From: a virus
IMG/VR virus record: IMGVR_UViG_3300042514_000542
Coordinates: 60,370 to 124,369 of that record
Strand: one strand, 5' to 3'
DNA length: 64,000 nt
Shown here: positions 1 to 8,229 of the stretch, one piece after another
Layout of the letters: each line of letters begins with the position of its first letter
Numbering within the stretch: the first letter of the stretch is position 1
Position numbers and translations under genes: made by a program
Notes under the pieces: generated by a model
Databases searched by the model: none
Seen by the model: the letters and a program-made list of their open reading frames with translations, nothing else
What the model was told of the DNA's origin: nothing

Positions 1-56
1 ATAGTAGTCTTCTTGGTGACTCGATACCTACGGTTATTGATTGTTTTCTCTTTCAT
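1..56 (-). CDS. hypothetical protein, 5' part only (ATG at 54-56, ORF open to window edge)
   Basis: Open minus-strand frame from position 1 to ATG at 54-56; a motif copy lies at 86-107 upstream. Confidence 0.3.
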   Translation of the reverse strand, partial: MKEKTINNRRYRVTKKTT

Positions 57-85
57 ATCAGAACCTTATCTATTTTCATAACCAA

Positions 86-107
86 ATTATACTTCGGTTT
101 TAATTAA
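86..107 (-). promoter_or_regulatory. 22-bp intergenic cassette motif copy (stop/TATAAT-like box/start)
   Basis: +strand ATTATACTTCGGTTTTAATTAA; the stop of gene 104..304 lies inside TTAATTAA. Confidence 0.6.
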
Positions 108-304
108 TACTCCCAACCTTCATACTTCTTATAGGTTGGTTGACATTCTGGATCAAGTTTAGCCTTACGTCTTTCTTCCCTCTTCTTGGACTTCTTTAGA
201 AAGTCTCTATACCTTGATCGTTTATGTGAACCATCCTTCTTGGGAAAGTCCATATACCTTTCGATTTGTTCATTCATAATGAGATAATTGTTCAATCTTA
301 TCAA
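104..304 (-). CDS. hypothetical small basic protein (TTG start in track)
   Basis: ORF whose TAA stop is embedded in a motif copy; Lys/Arg-rich product. Confidence 0.35.
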   Translation of the reverse strand: MIRLNNYLIMNEQIERYMDFPKKDGSHKRSRYRDFLKKSKKREERRKAKLDPECQPTYKKYEGWEY

Positions 305-334
305 AAAGTTAAGTCTGTTCCGATAAATAATATT

Positions 335-1030
335 ATGGCAAAGAAGATAAATTTAGATGTTGAGAAGTTGAAAAGTTTAAATGATGAGGGTATGACGATA
401 ACGGAAATAAAATTACATTTTGGAGTCTCGGATGACTTAATTAGAAATTATTTCAAATTATATAATTTAATACCTAATCGAAAGAAGAGGAAATGGTCTG
501 AAGACGAAAAGTTAAAAATTTCTAAAAGAAGAAAGATTTTCCTAAAGGAGAATCCCGATAAACATCCTTGGAGGTCTAAGGATAAGTTTAAATCAGTTCC
601 ATGTGAGAAGGTTAAAGATTTTTTGAATAATTTAGGTGTGAAGTTTATTGAAGAATATGATCCAAATATACACAATAGAACATTTTCTATTGATATTGCC
701 ATGCCCGATAAGTTAATAGCATTAGAGATTAATGGTAATCAACATTACGAGAGTGATGGTAGTTTGAAACCATACTATCAAGAACGTCACGATCTATTAG
801 AATCCAACGGATGGACTGTATATGAAATACATTATAGTGCTTGCTTCAATCTCGATAAGTGGAAAAATTTTGTCGATGAATTAAAGTCATCTAATAATAA
901 GATTAATTTCAATTACTTCGAATATACACCTAACGAAATCAAAAAATGGATATGCTCTGATTGTGGTTGTGATGTTAGCCGTGGATCAATTAGATGTAAA
1001 TCTTGTTATTATATTTCTCGAATAAAATAA
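335..1030 (+). CDS. homing-endonuclease-like protein: N-terminal HTH, PD-(D/E)XK (Vsr/DUF559-like) nuclease core, C-terminal CxxC..CxxC zinc ribbon
   Basis: Probable start is MAKKINLD at 335, not the track's 266. Motif FSIDIAMPDKLIALEINGNQH resembles Vsr-like endonuclease cores. Only + strand gene in its neighbourhood and lacks the cassette motif. Confidence 0.55.
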   Translation: MAKKINLDVEKLKSLNDEGMTITEIKLHFGVSDDLIRNYFKLYNLIPNRKKRKWSEDEKLKISKRRKIFLKENPDKHPWRSKDKFKSVPCEKVKDFLNNLGVKFIEEYDPNIHNRTFSIDIAMPDKLIALEINGNQHYESDGSLKPYYQERHDLLESNGWTVYEIHYSACFNLDKWKNFVDELKSSNNKINFNYFEYTPNEIKKWICSDCGCDVSRGSIRCKSCYYISRIK

Positions 1031-1033
1031 TGG

Positions 1034-1110
1034 TAGCCCCGACACGATTCGAACGTGCATATATCCAATTACCCTTTTTCCTCGTTAGAAGCGAGAGGGG
1101 ATACAAGGCC
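1034..1110 (-). ncRNA. tRNA-like element (possible tRNA-Arg UCU, non-canonical fold)
   Basis: Minus strand: GGCCTTG..UA..TCTCG-CTTCTAA-CGAGG (anticodon-arm-like, TCT)..GCACG-TTCGAAT-CGTGT-CGGGGCT-A-CCA. T-arm, acceptor and CCA are clear; no D-arm could be folded by hand. Confidence 0.3.
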
Positions 1111-1125
1111 ATTGAAAGTTATTTA

Positions 1126-1386
1126 TTATAGAGTCTCATTAATTACACTATACAGTTCCTTCTTCAACTTAATAGCATCCTTAATAATATTATAAGAAAA
1201 CATAATGTCAACCATGCTTACACAAACACTATGAGCATCACGAAGGTCTAGGTTATTATCAAGACAATACTTTGTAGCCTGATTAGAAGCATCTTGCATG
1301 ATGCGTTCAAGATCGGTAACATCATCACCAATGGCAGCACCATATTTGTTATAGAGTCTCTTTTTCATATTACCAAATCTTTCCAA
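1126..1386 (-). CDS. hypothetical protein
   Basis: 86-aa ORF in the minus-strand gene tiling. Confidence 0.45.
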   Translation of the reverse strand: MERFGNMKKRLYNKYGAAIGDDVTDLERIMQDASNQATKYCLDNNLDLRDAHSVCVSMVDIMFSYNIIKDAIKLKKELYSVINETL

Positions 1387-1699
1387 GTGTTTCCATCACT
1401 TTTTCTTTAACTCTTTCGTCCCAGCCAGCAGTTCTATTAACACGACCATTCTTAATAACACCACGATTGGTCTTAGTATTAACAGCAGCAATCCTTATGG
1501 CATCAGCACCCACTTTTCTTGATACACCATTAGGAGTAACAGAAGAGAACACCTTGATTAGAATGTCTGTATTCTTTTTGACTACAAGAGTATATACATA
1601 CTCACCACCTTCGATTACCTTGTTCCAACCCTTATCAGGTTTGAAGAGTGTATCGGTTTCAATTTCTGTAACGGTAACGTATGTTGCAGCCATACACAA
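1370..1699 (-). CDS. hypothetical protein
   Basis: 109-aa ORF; ATG is 8 nt downstream of the TATAAT-like box of the motif copy at ~1705-1727. Confidence 0.5.
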   Translation of the reverse strand: MCMAATYVTVTEIETDTLFKPDKGWNKVIEGGEYVYTLVVKKNTDILIKVFSSVTPNGVSRKVGADAIRIAAVNTKTNRGVIKNGRVNRTAGWDERVKEKVMETLGKIW

Positions 1700-1704
1700 A
1701 TTAT

Positions 1705-1727
1705 AGTTCGGTTTTAATTAATCTCTT
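1705..1727 (-). promoter_or_regulatory. cassette motif copy
   Basis: +strand ATTATAGTTCGGTTTTAATTAA; flanked by the start of 1370..1699 and the stop of 1714..1953. Confidence 0.6.
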
Positions 1728-1953
1728 CCCACAAGTTTTCCAAAGCCTCAAGCATTTCACCTTCATTTCCCTTATAGTATTTCTCAAGATATGTAAAGAA
1801 TCCCGTGAAACCATATTCCTTAAAAGTTTCCCTAAGATTATTCTTATCCCTCCAACGTGTTCCAGACTTTATTTCCTCTAATACACATTTGAAAGCAGCA
1901 TCCTTAAAGTCTTCCATAGCTTTAACTTCTTCTGGAGATAATGTGATCTTCAT
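1714..1953 (-). CDS. hypothetical protein
   Basis: 79-aa ORF; stop inside a motif, start followed by the next motif. Confidence 0.5.
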   Translation of the reverse strand: MKITLSPEEVKAMEDFKDAAFKCVLEEIKSGTRWRDKNNLRETFKEYGFTGFFTYLEKYYKGNEGEMLEALENLWEEIN

Positions 1954-1959
1954 AACAGT

Positions 1960-1980
1960 ATTATAGTTCGGTTTAATTAT
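1960..1980 (-). promoter_or_regulatory. cassette motif copy (one T shorter)
   Basis: +strand ATTATAGTTCGGTTTAATTAT. Confidence 0.55.
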
Positions 1981-2143
1981 CCCTGTTTCTAAGTTCTTCT
2001 AGAATTTCTTCTTGAAGCTGTATTTGACGTTGTTGTGGCGTAATAACAATATCACGGGACACGACATAATATACTCCATAATATACTCCAATTGCTAATG
2101 CAATAGCAAATACAACAGCTACTAAAATTTCAGATGATTTCAT
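1973..2143 (-). CDS. small membrane protein (56 aa, below ORF-track cutoff)
   Basis: Hand translation MKSSEILVAVVFAIALAIGVYYGVYYV...; ATG at 2141-2143; stop in the TTAATTAT box. Confidence 0.35.
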   Translation of the reverse strand: MKSSEILVAVVFAIALAIGVYYGVYYVVSRDIVITPQQRQIQLQEEILEELRNRDN

Positions 2144-2144
2144 A

Positions 2145-2546
2145 TTAGTCTAAGCTCCAATCAATTTCCTCTTCCAATTCACCCACACACTCTTCCGCCC
2201 ATTGAGACTCTCGAAAATTCCTATAAGACATACCAACCCATAAGGAAAGCATAGCCAATAGTGCCAGTTCCAAAGTCTTGTGTTTGGAATGTTCTACATA
2301 GTCTGTAGTGGGAGGTTCCAAATAAGAACCACTATCATACGCCTCATGTCCAACTTCAAACTCCGTGAAGTCTTCATTCGCCATGATAGTAATGCCATCA
2401 AAGTTCATACCCCAATATCCATCCATGTCTTGATAGAACTCATTGGGGAATACACTAATCTTTTGCTTGAGATTACTCTCAACAAATTTTAGAAATACTT
2501 CCACTTCTTTATTAGCGAACTTAATCTGTCTTTCTAGGTTATCCAT
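2145..2546 (-). CDS. hypothetical protein
   Basis: 133-aa ORF followed by a motif copy. Confidence 0.5.
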   Translation of the reverse strand: MDNLERQIKFANKEVEVFLKFVESNLKQKISVFPNEFYQDMDGYWGMNFDGITIMANEDFTEFEVGHEAYDSGSYLEPPTTDYVEHSKHKTLELALLAMLSLWVGMSYRNFRESQWAEECVGELEEEIDWSLD

Positions 2547-2552
2547 GATAGT

Positions 2553-2574
2553 ATTATAGTTCGGTTTTAATTAT
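2553..2574 (-). promoter_or_regulatory. cassette motif copy
   Basis: +strand ATTATAGTTCGGTTTTAATTAT. Confidence 0.6.
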
Positions 2575-2737
2575 TGACAAATAACCAAATTCCCACAATT
2601 ATACATAAAGCAGCCAACAATGAAATTAGTGATAAAATAATTACCAACCAACCACATGTGATTATAATATCTATAATCACCAAAACTGGCAGAAAGATGA
2701 GAAACAATCCTAGATATTTTTTAAATATATTTGACAT
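2567..2737 (-). CDS. small membrane protein (56 aa, hand-called)
   Basis: MSNIFKKYLGLFLIFLPVLVIIDIIITCGWLVIILSLISLLAALCIIVGIWLFVNN; stop in the motif. Confidence 0.35.
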   Translation of the reverse strand: MSNIFKKYLGLFLIFLPVLVIIDIIITCGWLVIILSLISLLAALCIIVGIWLFVNN

Positions 2738-2820
2738 ATTTCTATTAACTAACTTTTATATATTGTGCTATCACTATCAGAATACCAATAATAATCGCAG
2801 CTATTACCATATCATTCATA

Positions 2821-3018
2821 TTAAAAATTTCCAAATTTTTCGTCAGAGGGAAAATCAGATTTGATTAGTTCCTGTATATCCTTCCTAAATTCATAATATT
2901 TGTCAAGAAGTTGACTCGCAACATTATCGGAAAAATATTCTGTATCGAATAATTCGTGAGCAACATTATCGAAGACACTTTCCAGTTCTTCGATAATGTT
3001 CTTTCTATTAGCGTTCAT
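2821..3018 (-). CDS. hypothetical protein
   Basis: 65-aa ORF in the tiling. Confidence 0.4.
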   Translation of the reverse strand: MNANRKNIIEELESVFDNVAHELFDTEYFSDNVASQLLDKYYEFRKDIQELIKSDFPSDEKFGNF

Positions 3019-3250
3019 ATTTAAGAATTAGAGGATTGGTTGGTAAAACATTAGAAAACTTTGCGGGACGTTTATAGTAACCACGAATTTGTTCACCTTT
3101 TTTATTATAGAAATGATTAAGCCTTCCATTAGTGGATGCTACAATCATTTTATGAGTCTTCTTAGCCGATTCAAGCTTCCTATCAAAGTCCTTAATGAAT
3201 AAGCTATAGAAGAATTGTTTAAATGTTCGTTTGTCTTTCTCGTCTTTCAT
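3008..3250 (-). CDS. hypothetical protein
   Basis: 80-aa ORF; motif copy at 3257-3278 upstream. Confidence 0.45.
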   Translation of the reverse strand: MKDEKDKRTFKQFFYSLFIKDFDRKLESAKKTHKMIVASTNGRLNHFYNKKGEQIRGYYKRPAKFSNVLPTNPLILKYER

Positions 3251-3256
3251 ATTGCT

Positions 3257-3278
3257 ATTGTAGTTCGGTTTTAATTAC
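3257..3278 (-). promoter_or_regulatory. cassette motif copy
   Basis: +strand ATTGTAGTTCGGTTTTAATTAC; stop of 3275..3676 inside. Confidence 0.6.
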
Positions 3279-3676
3279 GTAAATCCTACGGTTCCCATCA
3301 AACATTCTGGACGTTCAATGATCTTATATCCATAATCGGACATATCATACTTAAACCAGACCTCATTACTATAATCCTCACCCCACTTAAGTCCATCAAT
3401 ACAATCTAAGTAATGGGTTTCGATCAGTAGGTATTCATAGTATCCTTCACAGATACCATACGGATCATTGGACTTCTTAACAGTCCCAATAAGTTCATCT
3501 TTGTCTAGGAATGATCCACGATACTTTCCACCAGATTGCCAAGCATGATAAAGTTCTTTATCTTCTCTCCACTTATCCTTAGCAACACTATCACGATTTT
3601 TCTCGCATTCCCTATATACTTCCCAAGACTTAATCCAAGTTTCGGGAAATGCTATTAGATGGTGAATTTCTTTCAT
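3275..3676 (-). CDS. hypothetical protein
   Basis: 133-aa ORF. Confidence 0.5.
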   Translation of the reverse strand: MKEIHHLIAFPETWIKSWEVYRECEKNRDSVAKDKWREDKELYHAWQSGGKYRGSFLDKDELIGTVKKSNDPYGICEGYYEYLLIETHYLDCIDGLKWGEDYSNEVWFKYDMSDYGYKIIERPECLMGTVGFT

Positions 3677-3682
3677 ATCAGT

Positions 3683-3704
3683 ATGATATTTCGGTTTTAA
3701 TTAA
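3683..3704 (-). promoter_or_regulatory. cassette motif copy
   Basis: +strand ATGATATTTCGGTTTTAATTAA. Confidence 0.6.
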
Positions 3705-3988
3705 TCAAATTCAAACCCATAGATCACATAATCATTCCCACATTTGATTTCAACTAATCCACCACGATACAAATCAGTATAGTTTTCGTGTAGTTCATCA
3801 AAACCTTCTCTTGTTGGAGAGATTGATATAATGGTTCCTGATTCATAATAATCAGTCCGATACAATGAATCAACTGTTACGGTATAATCATTATAATTAG
3901 GATGGGACTTAGCTACTGATTGTAACTCTTTGATATGATCCCACCTAAGATTCTGTTTCTCTTGATACTCTTTGAGTTTCTTATTCAT
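3701..3988 (-). CDS. hypothetical protein
   Basis: 95-aa ORF. Confidence 0.5.
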   Translation of the reverse strand: MNKKLKEYQEKQNLRWDHIKELQSVAKSHPNYNDYTVTVDSLYRTDYYESGTIISISPTREGFDELHENYTDLYRGGLVEIKCGNDYVIYGFEFD

Positions 3989-4716
3989 GCTTCTAGAAAG
4001 TTCTTATAACGCTTTGTATCAACCACAAACCCACTGGAGTCCTTACGACCTTTACCTAGTGCTACAAGTCCTGCAATGGTATTCTTAGGATCAATGAAGC
4101 GTAGGTCATGCTTAGTTGCATCAATAACTTTCTTACCCTTATACTTGGCGGGAAGTCTCTTATCAAAGACTACCGCTACGTTTCCGCCATTACCCAAGAC
4201 GATATTAACTCGGTCTTGATTATCTTCCTTACGAGAAAATGTAAGGTGATAGTTGGATGGGAACTTACCCATAAGAAAGTTCATAACCCTCTTAAGGTTA
4301 GGTGTGTAATCATAAAATTGAACCGTAGGAAAGTGTTCCATGAAGGTCTTACCATCAAGCTTAACAGTCTCCCATGCAACATCAGAAGTAAGGTTAAGAC
4401 GAAAAGATACTAGCTCACCTTTCTTAGCAGCAGTATTAACCTTGGCATTAATCTCCTTATAGAGTTGGCGAAGGAATGCTTCACGATTCTCATGGAAGAA
4501 CCTAGTCTTTTTAATACGAGCTTGTTGAACCCTTGGATATGCGCCCATTCCAGAACTGAAAAGGCAAGCCTTAATACATCCAGAACTTGCATTAGGACAA
4601 ATGTTCTTACCACCTAATGTATAAGGTGCAAGATGCAAGCCAAAAGAAGTCCAACCATATTTTGTATTCTTCTCCAGTTTAGGATTAGATCGTGATAGTA
4701 GTTTTTGCGTGGTCAT
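3985..4716 (-). CDS. hypothetical protein with Cys cluster (CPNASSGCIKAC), possibly metal-binding
   Basis: 243-aa ORF; ATGA overlap with the downstream gene. Confidence 0.5.
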   Translation of the reverse strand: MTTQKLLSRSNPKLEKNTKYGWTSFGLHLAPYTLGGKNICPNASSGCIKACLFSSGMGAYPRVQQARIKKTRFFHENREAFLRQLYKEINAKVNTAAKKGELVSFRLNLTSDVAWETVKLDGKTFMEHFPTVQFYDYTPNLKRVMNFLMGKFPSNYHLTFSRKEDNQDRVNIVLGNGGNVAVVFDKRLPAKYKGKKVIDATKHDLRFIDPKNTIAGLVALGKGRKDSSGFVVDTKRYKNFLEA

Positions 4717-4722
4717 AGCTAG

Positions 4723-4744
4723 ATTATATTTCGGTTTTAATTAA
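4723..4744 (-). promoter_or_regulatory. cassette motif copy
   Basis: +strand ATTATATTTCGGTTTTAATTAA. Confidence 0.6.
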
Positions 4745-4956
4745 GCCCTACAAACCGTAGAGGTAAAATTCTCTGTATCGAACTCAACAGTAATACTTTC
4801 ACCATAAGTAACCCATGTAGATATAATATCCATAATCTCTTCCTTCTTTTCATCAAAGTCGTCGGAAGTTGCAATATCTTCATAATCCAATGCGTCTTTT
4901 ACAGCATATTCTACTGCATCCGGTGTCTTAAATGATACTCTAATCTTCATACCCAA
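4741..4956 (-). CDS. hypothetical protein
   Basis: 71-aa acidic ORF. Confidence 0.45.
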   Translation of the reverse strand: MGMKIRVSFKTPDAVEYAVKDALDYEDIATSDDFDEKKEEIMDIISTWVTYGESITVEFDTENFTSTVCRA

Positions 4957-4978
4957 ATTGTAGTTCGGTTTTAATTAA
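4957..4978 (-). promoter_or_regulatory. cassette motif copy
   Basis: +strand ATTGTAGTTCGGTTTTAATTAA. Confidence 0.6.
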
Positions 4979-5232
4979 GCACCCTTCAGATAAAGAACAC
5001 CATCATTATCTTCAATAACCATAAATGTTGGATCATCGGAATCTTTAGTAGAACCAATCTTCATAAATTCGAAGTTATCAATAGGTATTGGAGTTGATGT
5101 AATAGTTGTATATATAATAGTGCCATCAGCATCACACATATCCAAAAAATCCAGTAGATTTTTCCAAGTTGTTATATCTAGTTTGTTCATATTATTTTGA
5201 TTTAAGAAAGAGACATAAAGGTTCAATAACAC
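4975..5232 (-). CDS. hypothetical protein
   Basis: 85-aa ORF. Confidence 0.45.
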   Translation of the reverse strand: MLLNLYVSFLNQNNMNKLDITTWKNLLDFLDMCDADGTIIYTTITSTPIPIDNFEFMKIGSTKDSDDPTFMVIEDNDGVLYLKGA

Positions 5233-5497
5233 ATACTCCCATTTGAGTTGCTACATCCGCTTTATGAAAGAAAGTAGGTGCATCAAAGTCATTCTTATAT
5301 ACAAATGCCGTTGTCACTTCATCCAATCTAACAAGAAATTGTGGATGTTCTTTTGTGATATTGTGATTAATTAAGATATCACATAGATGTTCGTATGCCT
5401 TATCAGAAGACTTAATTGGGCCTTGGAATACAAACCCATGAGTTTCGCTATAATCCTTTTTTAATTCCACAATATCCATATTTCTGTAGGTAATCAT
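5192..5497 (-). CDS. hypothetical protein
   Basis: 101-aa ORF. Confidence 0.45.
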   Translation of the reverse strand: MITYRNMDIVELKKDYSETHGFVFQGPIKSSDKAYEHLCDILINHNITKEHPQFLVRLDEVTTAFVYKNDFDAPTFFHKADVATQMGVCVIEPLCLFLKSK

Positions 5498-5503
5498 ATT
5501 GTA

Positions 5504-5525
5504 ATTATATTCCGGTTTTAATTAT
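5504..5525 (-). promoter_or_regulatory. cassette motif copy
   Basis: +strand ATTATATTCCGGTTTTAATTAT. Confidence 0.55.
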
Positions 5526-5572
5526 TGTAAATTAGGTTTAATATGTTTATTAGATTAAAAAGTTTATTAGAA

Positions 5573-5818
5573 TTAACCAATTCTAGTAGCAGCCGCCTTA
5601 ATAGATCCCATGGTGCGTCTATACTTACCAAGTGTATCAAATACTTTATCTTGTTCTTTGGTTAGAAGTTGTGCGATTTCTGTAGCACTTAAAGAAGGAG
5701 ATCTTGTATGTGATTGAATGATACCACGAAGCTTAATCATAAGTTCGTGTGTTACAGCATCGCCATGATTTTGAAATAGTGTACCATCATCTGTCTTGTA
5801 TACTTTTACTTGTTGCAT
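5573..5818 (-). CDS. hypothetical protein
   Basis: 81-aa ORF. Confidence 0.45.
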   Translation of the reverse strand: MQQVKVYKTDDGTLFQNHGDAVTHELMIKLRGIIQSHTRSPSLSATEIAQLLTKEQDKVFDTLGKYRRTMGSIKAAATRIG

Positions 5819-5823
5819 ATCTA

Positions 5824-5845
5824 ATTATACTTCGGTTTTAATTAA
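5824..5845 (-). promoter_or_regulatory. cassette motif copy
   Basis: +strand ATTATACTTCGGTTTTAATTAA; followed by ~200 nt of non-coding sequence. Confidence 0.6.
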
Positions 5846-6047
5846 AGGGATTCTGGTTTCGGCAACGCCATTCCAACGATCTAAGGTTTAACTTTTAATG
5901 TTTAACAACTAAAGGAACAAGTTTTAAGTTTTGAGTTTTATCCCAATTCGAAAATTGTATCGTTGTCATTAACATTATCGGTAGTTCGATTATCCCATTA
6001 CAGGATACTGTGCTGTTGAAACATTGTCACCTACTCCCAGAAATCAT

Positions 6048-6509
6048 TCAAATTTTTGTAGTGCCATTATAGACATCAATATCGTCTTGTAGATCTTCAA
6101 TCTGTTTTTGAACTCTTGTTACATTGGCATCAACTTCCTTACTAGGAATTGTGTTGATATAGTTCACCGTAACGTTGACATACTTACCATCAACATATTC
6201 ACTCTCCTTAAGTTCCTCAATAGGTTGACCAGAACGGAATGAAGTCCAAAATGCTAGTTCAGCCTTAGCTTCTGTAAGCATGATAAGCTTATCAGCAATA
6301 CCAACATTGGCCTTGGCAATCCTAGTCTTAAGATCAATTAGGAATGCCCACTCTTCTTGGAGAGACTTAAGAAGATCATTGGAATTATAATCCTGTTCCA
6401 CACCCTGCTTATACCTATTGTTGGCTACAATTTGTTTTTGTAGCTTGGTGATTCTACCAGTCGTGCGATTCTTTTCCTTTAGTGCTTTTGCGATACTCAT
6501 TGTGTTCAT
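6048..6509 (-). CDS. hypothetical protein
   Basis: 153-aa ORF. Confidence 0.5.
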   Translation of the reverse strand: MNTMSIAKALKEKNRTTGRITKLQKQIVANNRYKQGVEQDYNSNDLLKSLQEEWAFLIDLKTRIAKANVGIADKLIMLTEAKAELAFWTSFRSGQPIEELKESEYVDGKYVNVTVNYINTIPSKEVDANVTRVQKQIEDLQDDIDVYNGTTKI

Positions 6510-6515
6510 AGTTGT

Positions 6516-6537
6516 ATTATAGTTCGGTTTTAATTAA
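6516..6537 (-). promoter_or_regulatory. cassette motif copy
   Basis: +strand ATTATAGTTCGGTTTTAATTAA. Confidence 0.6.
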
Positions 6538-7187
6538 TAACCCCATGCTTTAAGGGTATGTTGGAATGGTTGTGATTCAATTCCTTTAACCAATTCAAGC
6601 ATTTTGGTGGCGATATCATTGATTTCTTTTTGTGCGTGTTCGGATTTTCTAAGTTTTAGAAAGTTTGCAAAGCTTCTCATGTTAAAGGAAACGTCTCCTT
6701 GAATTTGCGAGTTATACGTCTTAAAGAATCGTGCTGATTCCTTTGCCCTCTTACGTCCAAGAATAGGCTCTAGGTCTTTGAGGCATTGATGATAGAGTCT
6801 ATTAGATTCAATAGAAAAATCGTTCAATCTTTCAAGCCAAGTCATGTTTGGTGTCTCCCCATGAATATGGGAAATCTCTACATCCCAATCTTCTGGAAGA
6901 TAATACTTATCCTCTTTAAGTTCTTTATACCTAGCAGACTCCGCATTCATGCTAGAGATACGATGCTTAAGTAAATGAATGTGACTGGCAATATCTGTAT
7001 CTACTAGGAAGTGAACCATTCCTTTTTCGAATGGTGTCTCATGCCCATTCTCCCATAACATCTTAATCAAATTGGGAACACGATTCTTCTTATCTTCGGT
7101 TAGTTCTCTTGAAGTGCTAGTCCATGCTGAACATGCTATAACTTCGTCTGATCCATAGAATCCGATTAGTTCTACTTTATTATCCAT
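6534..7187 (-). CDS. thyX: flavin-dependent thymidylate synthase (ThyX-like)
   Basis: 217 aa; KHRISSMNAESARY matches the ThyX RHR-x7-S-xRY signature region. Confidence 0.55.
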   Translation of the reverse strand: MDNKVELIGFYGSDEVIACSAWTSTSRELTEDKKNRVPNLIKMLWENGHETPFEKGMVHFLVDTDIASHIHLLKHRISSMNAESARYKELKEDKYYLPEDWDVEISHIHGETPNMTWLERLNDFSIESNRLYHQCLKDLEPILGRKRAKESARFFKTYNSQIQGDVSFNMRSFANFLKLRKSEHAQKEINDIATKMLELVKGIESQPFQHTLKAWGY

Positions 7188-7190
7188 ATA

Positions 7191-7667
7191 TTATTGATAC
7201 TGATATGGTTTAACTTCTCTTGGAAGAGGATCAGTAGCACCTTTGGGTAATGATCCGACATTAGTAAAGCTATAATTGATCTTGGACATAGCAGCATTGT
7301 ATTCAGCGGCCAATGAGTTATAACTAGCAATTACACCAGCAACTTCTTGTTCCCAAAGATTGAATTGTTCTTTGTCTGTCCTATCCCAATCCTTACGGGG
7401 AGTTCCCTCGTAACTACCTTCCATTGAAGCTAGACGAGCTTTATATACTTGAACATCTGCAAGTTTCTTATCACATTCGGCAGCAACATTCTTGAACCAT
7501 TCATAACGTTTCAACAGAAGTCTTGGATCAACTTGTTCTTCTGCAACAATAGATGCTTTACCGATCCATGCACATCCTTTACCAAGGACACTGAATGTAA
7601 CCCATCCAACAATAAATGCCAGAACTAATGTTATAATTTTAAGTGTTTTCATATTATTGACTTTCAA
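7191..7667 (-). CDS. membrane-anchored protein (possibly LemA-like)
   Basis: N-terminal transmembrane helix; 158 aa. Confidence 0.4.
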   Translation of the reverse strand: MKVNNMKTLKIITLVLAFIVGWVTFSVLGKGCAWIGKASIVAEEQVDPRLLLKRYEWFKNVAAECDKKLADVQVYKARLASMEGSYEGTPRKDWDRTDKEQFNLWEQEVAGVIASYNSLAAEYNAAMSKINYSFTNVGSLPKGATDPLPREVKPYQYQ

Positions 7668-8199
7668 GATTTAGAACGATGTTCTTAGTGGCAATTGGTT
7701 GTTCCGATATATGAATGATTTGACCACCAGTGAAGAAGTGACTATGATACACACCCTTTGAAGAGAACCAATAAATGTATTCACATGAGCTTCCATATGT
7801 TCCATCATCTTGTAATACTTCTTCTGTTCTTTTGGCTTGACCACCAATATCAACACTCATTCCGTGAAATTGAGAATCGACAAATTCTCCATCATTAGAA
7901 GTTACAGTGTTTGGAGTTAGACGTTTTCCAGAGGATGTTACCTTACCCATTACAGTTGAATAGAGTAGGACTTGTCCACTGTAAGGACTGATAATATATA
8001 GATGTTTGATAGCACCCGGAACATTATCACGTTTAAGTCTTTCAGCGATATTTCTTTGTTCTGTAGTCCAACCATCTTCATCAGTCTGAACATCAACAGT
8101 TTTCTTTGTGACATTTCCAGATGCGGTTGTGGGATTACTTTCTTCGAGACATGATGTAACGAGAAATGGAATTAGTAGTAGTGTTAGTAGTTTCTTCAT
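7654..8199 (-). CDS. lipoprotein
   Basis: Signal peptide MKKLLTLLLIPFLVTSC with lipobox Cys. Confidence 0.5.
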   Translation of the reverse strand: MKKLLTLLLIPFLVTSCLEESNPTTASGNVTKKTVDVQTDEDGWTTEQRNIAERLKRDNVPGAIKHLYIISPYSGQVLLYSTVMGKVTSSGKRLTPNTVTSNDGEFVDSQFHGMSVDIGGQAKRTEEVLQDDGTYGSSCEYIYWFSSKGVYHSHFFTGGQIIHISEQPIATKNIVLNLESQ

Positions 8200-8205
8200 A
8201 GTTGA

Positions 8206-8227
8206 ATTATAGTTCGGTTTTAATTAA
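8206..8227 (-). promoter_or_regulatory. cassette motif copy
   Basis: +strand ATTATAGTTCGGTTTTAATTAA. Confidence 0.6.
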
Positions 8228-8229
8228 GC

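Noticed and set aside
448-702. Minus-strand 84-aa ORF inside the + strand endonuclease gene, and many + strand ORFs antisense to minus genes (e.g. 1467..1706, 4108..4413, 20994..21605, 26032..26370, 55958..56467, 56855..57430)
   Set aside because: They lie antisense within longer, homology-supported genes, have low-complexity or odd composition, and lack the cassette or late motifs that flank the real genes.
1700-1730. Bacteroidetes-type promoter consensus (-7 TAnnTTTG / -33 TTTG) within the cassette motif
   Set aside because: Checked several copies on the transcribed strand; the conserved core does not contain TAnnTTTG. The host inference therefore rests only on lipoboxes and the lack of SD sequences.
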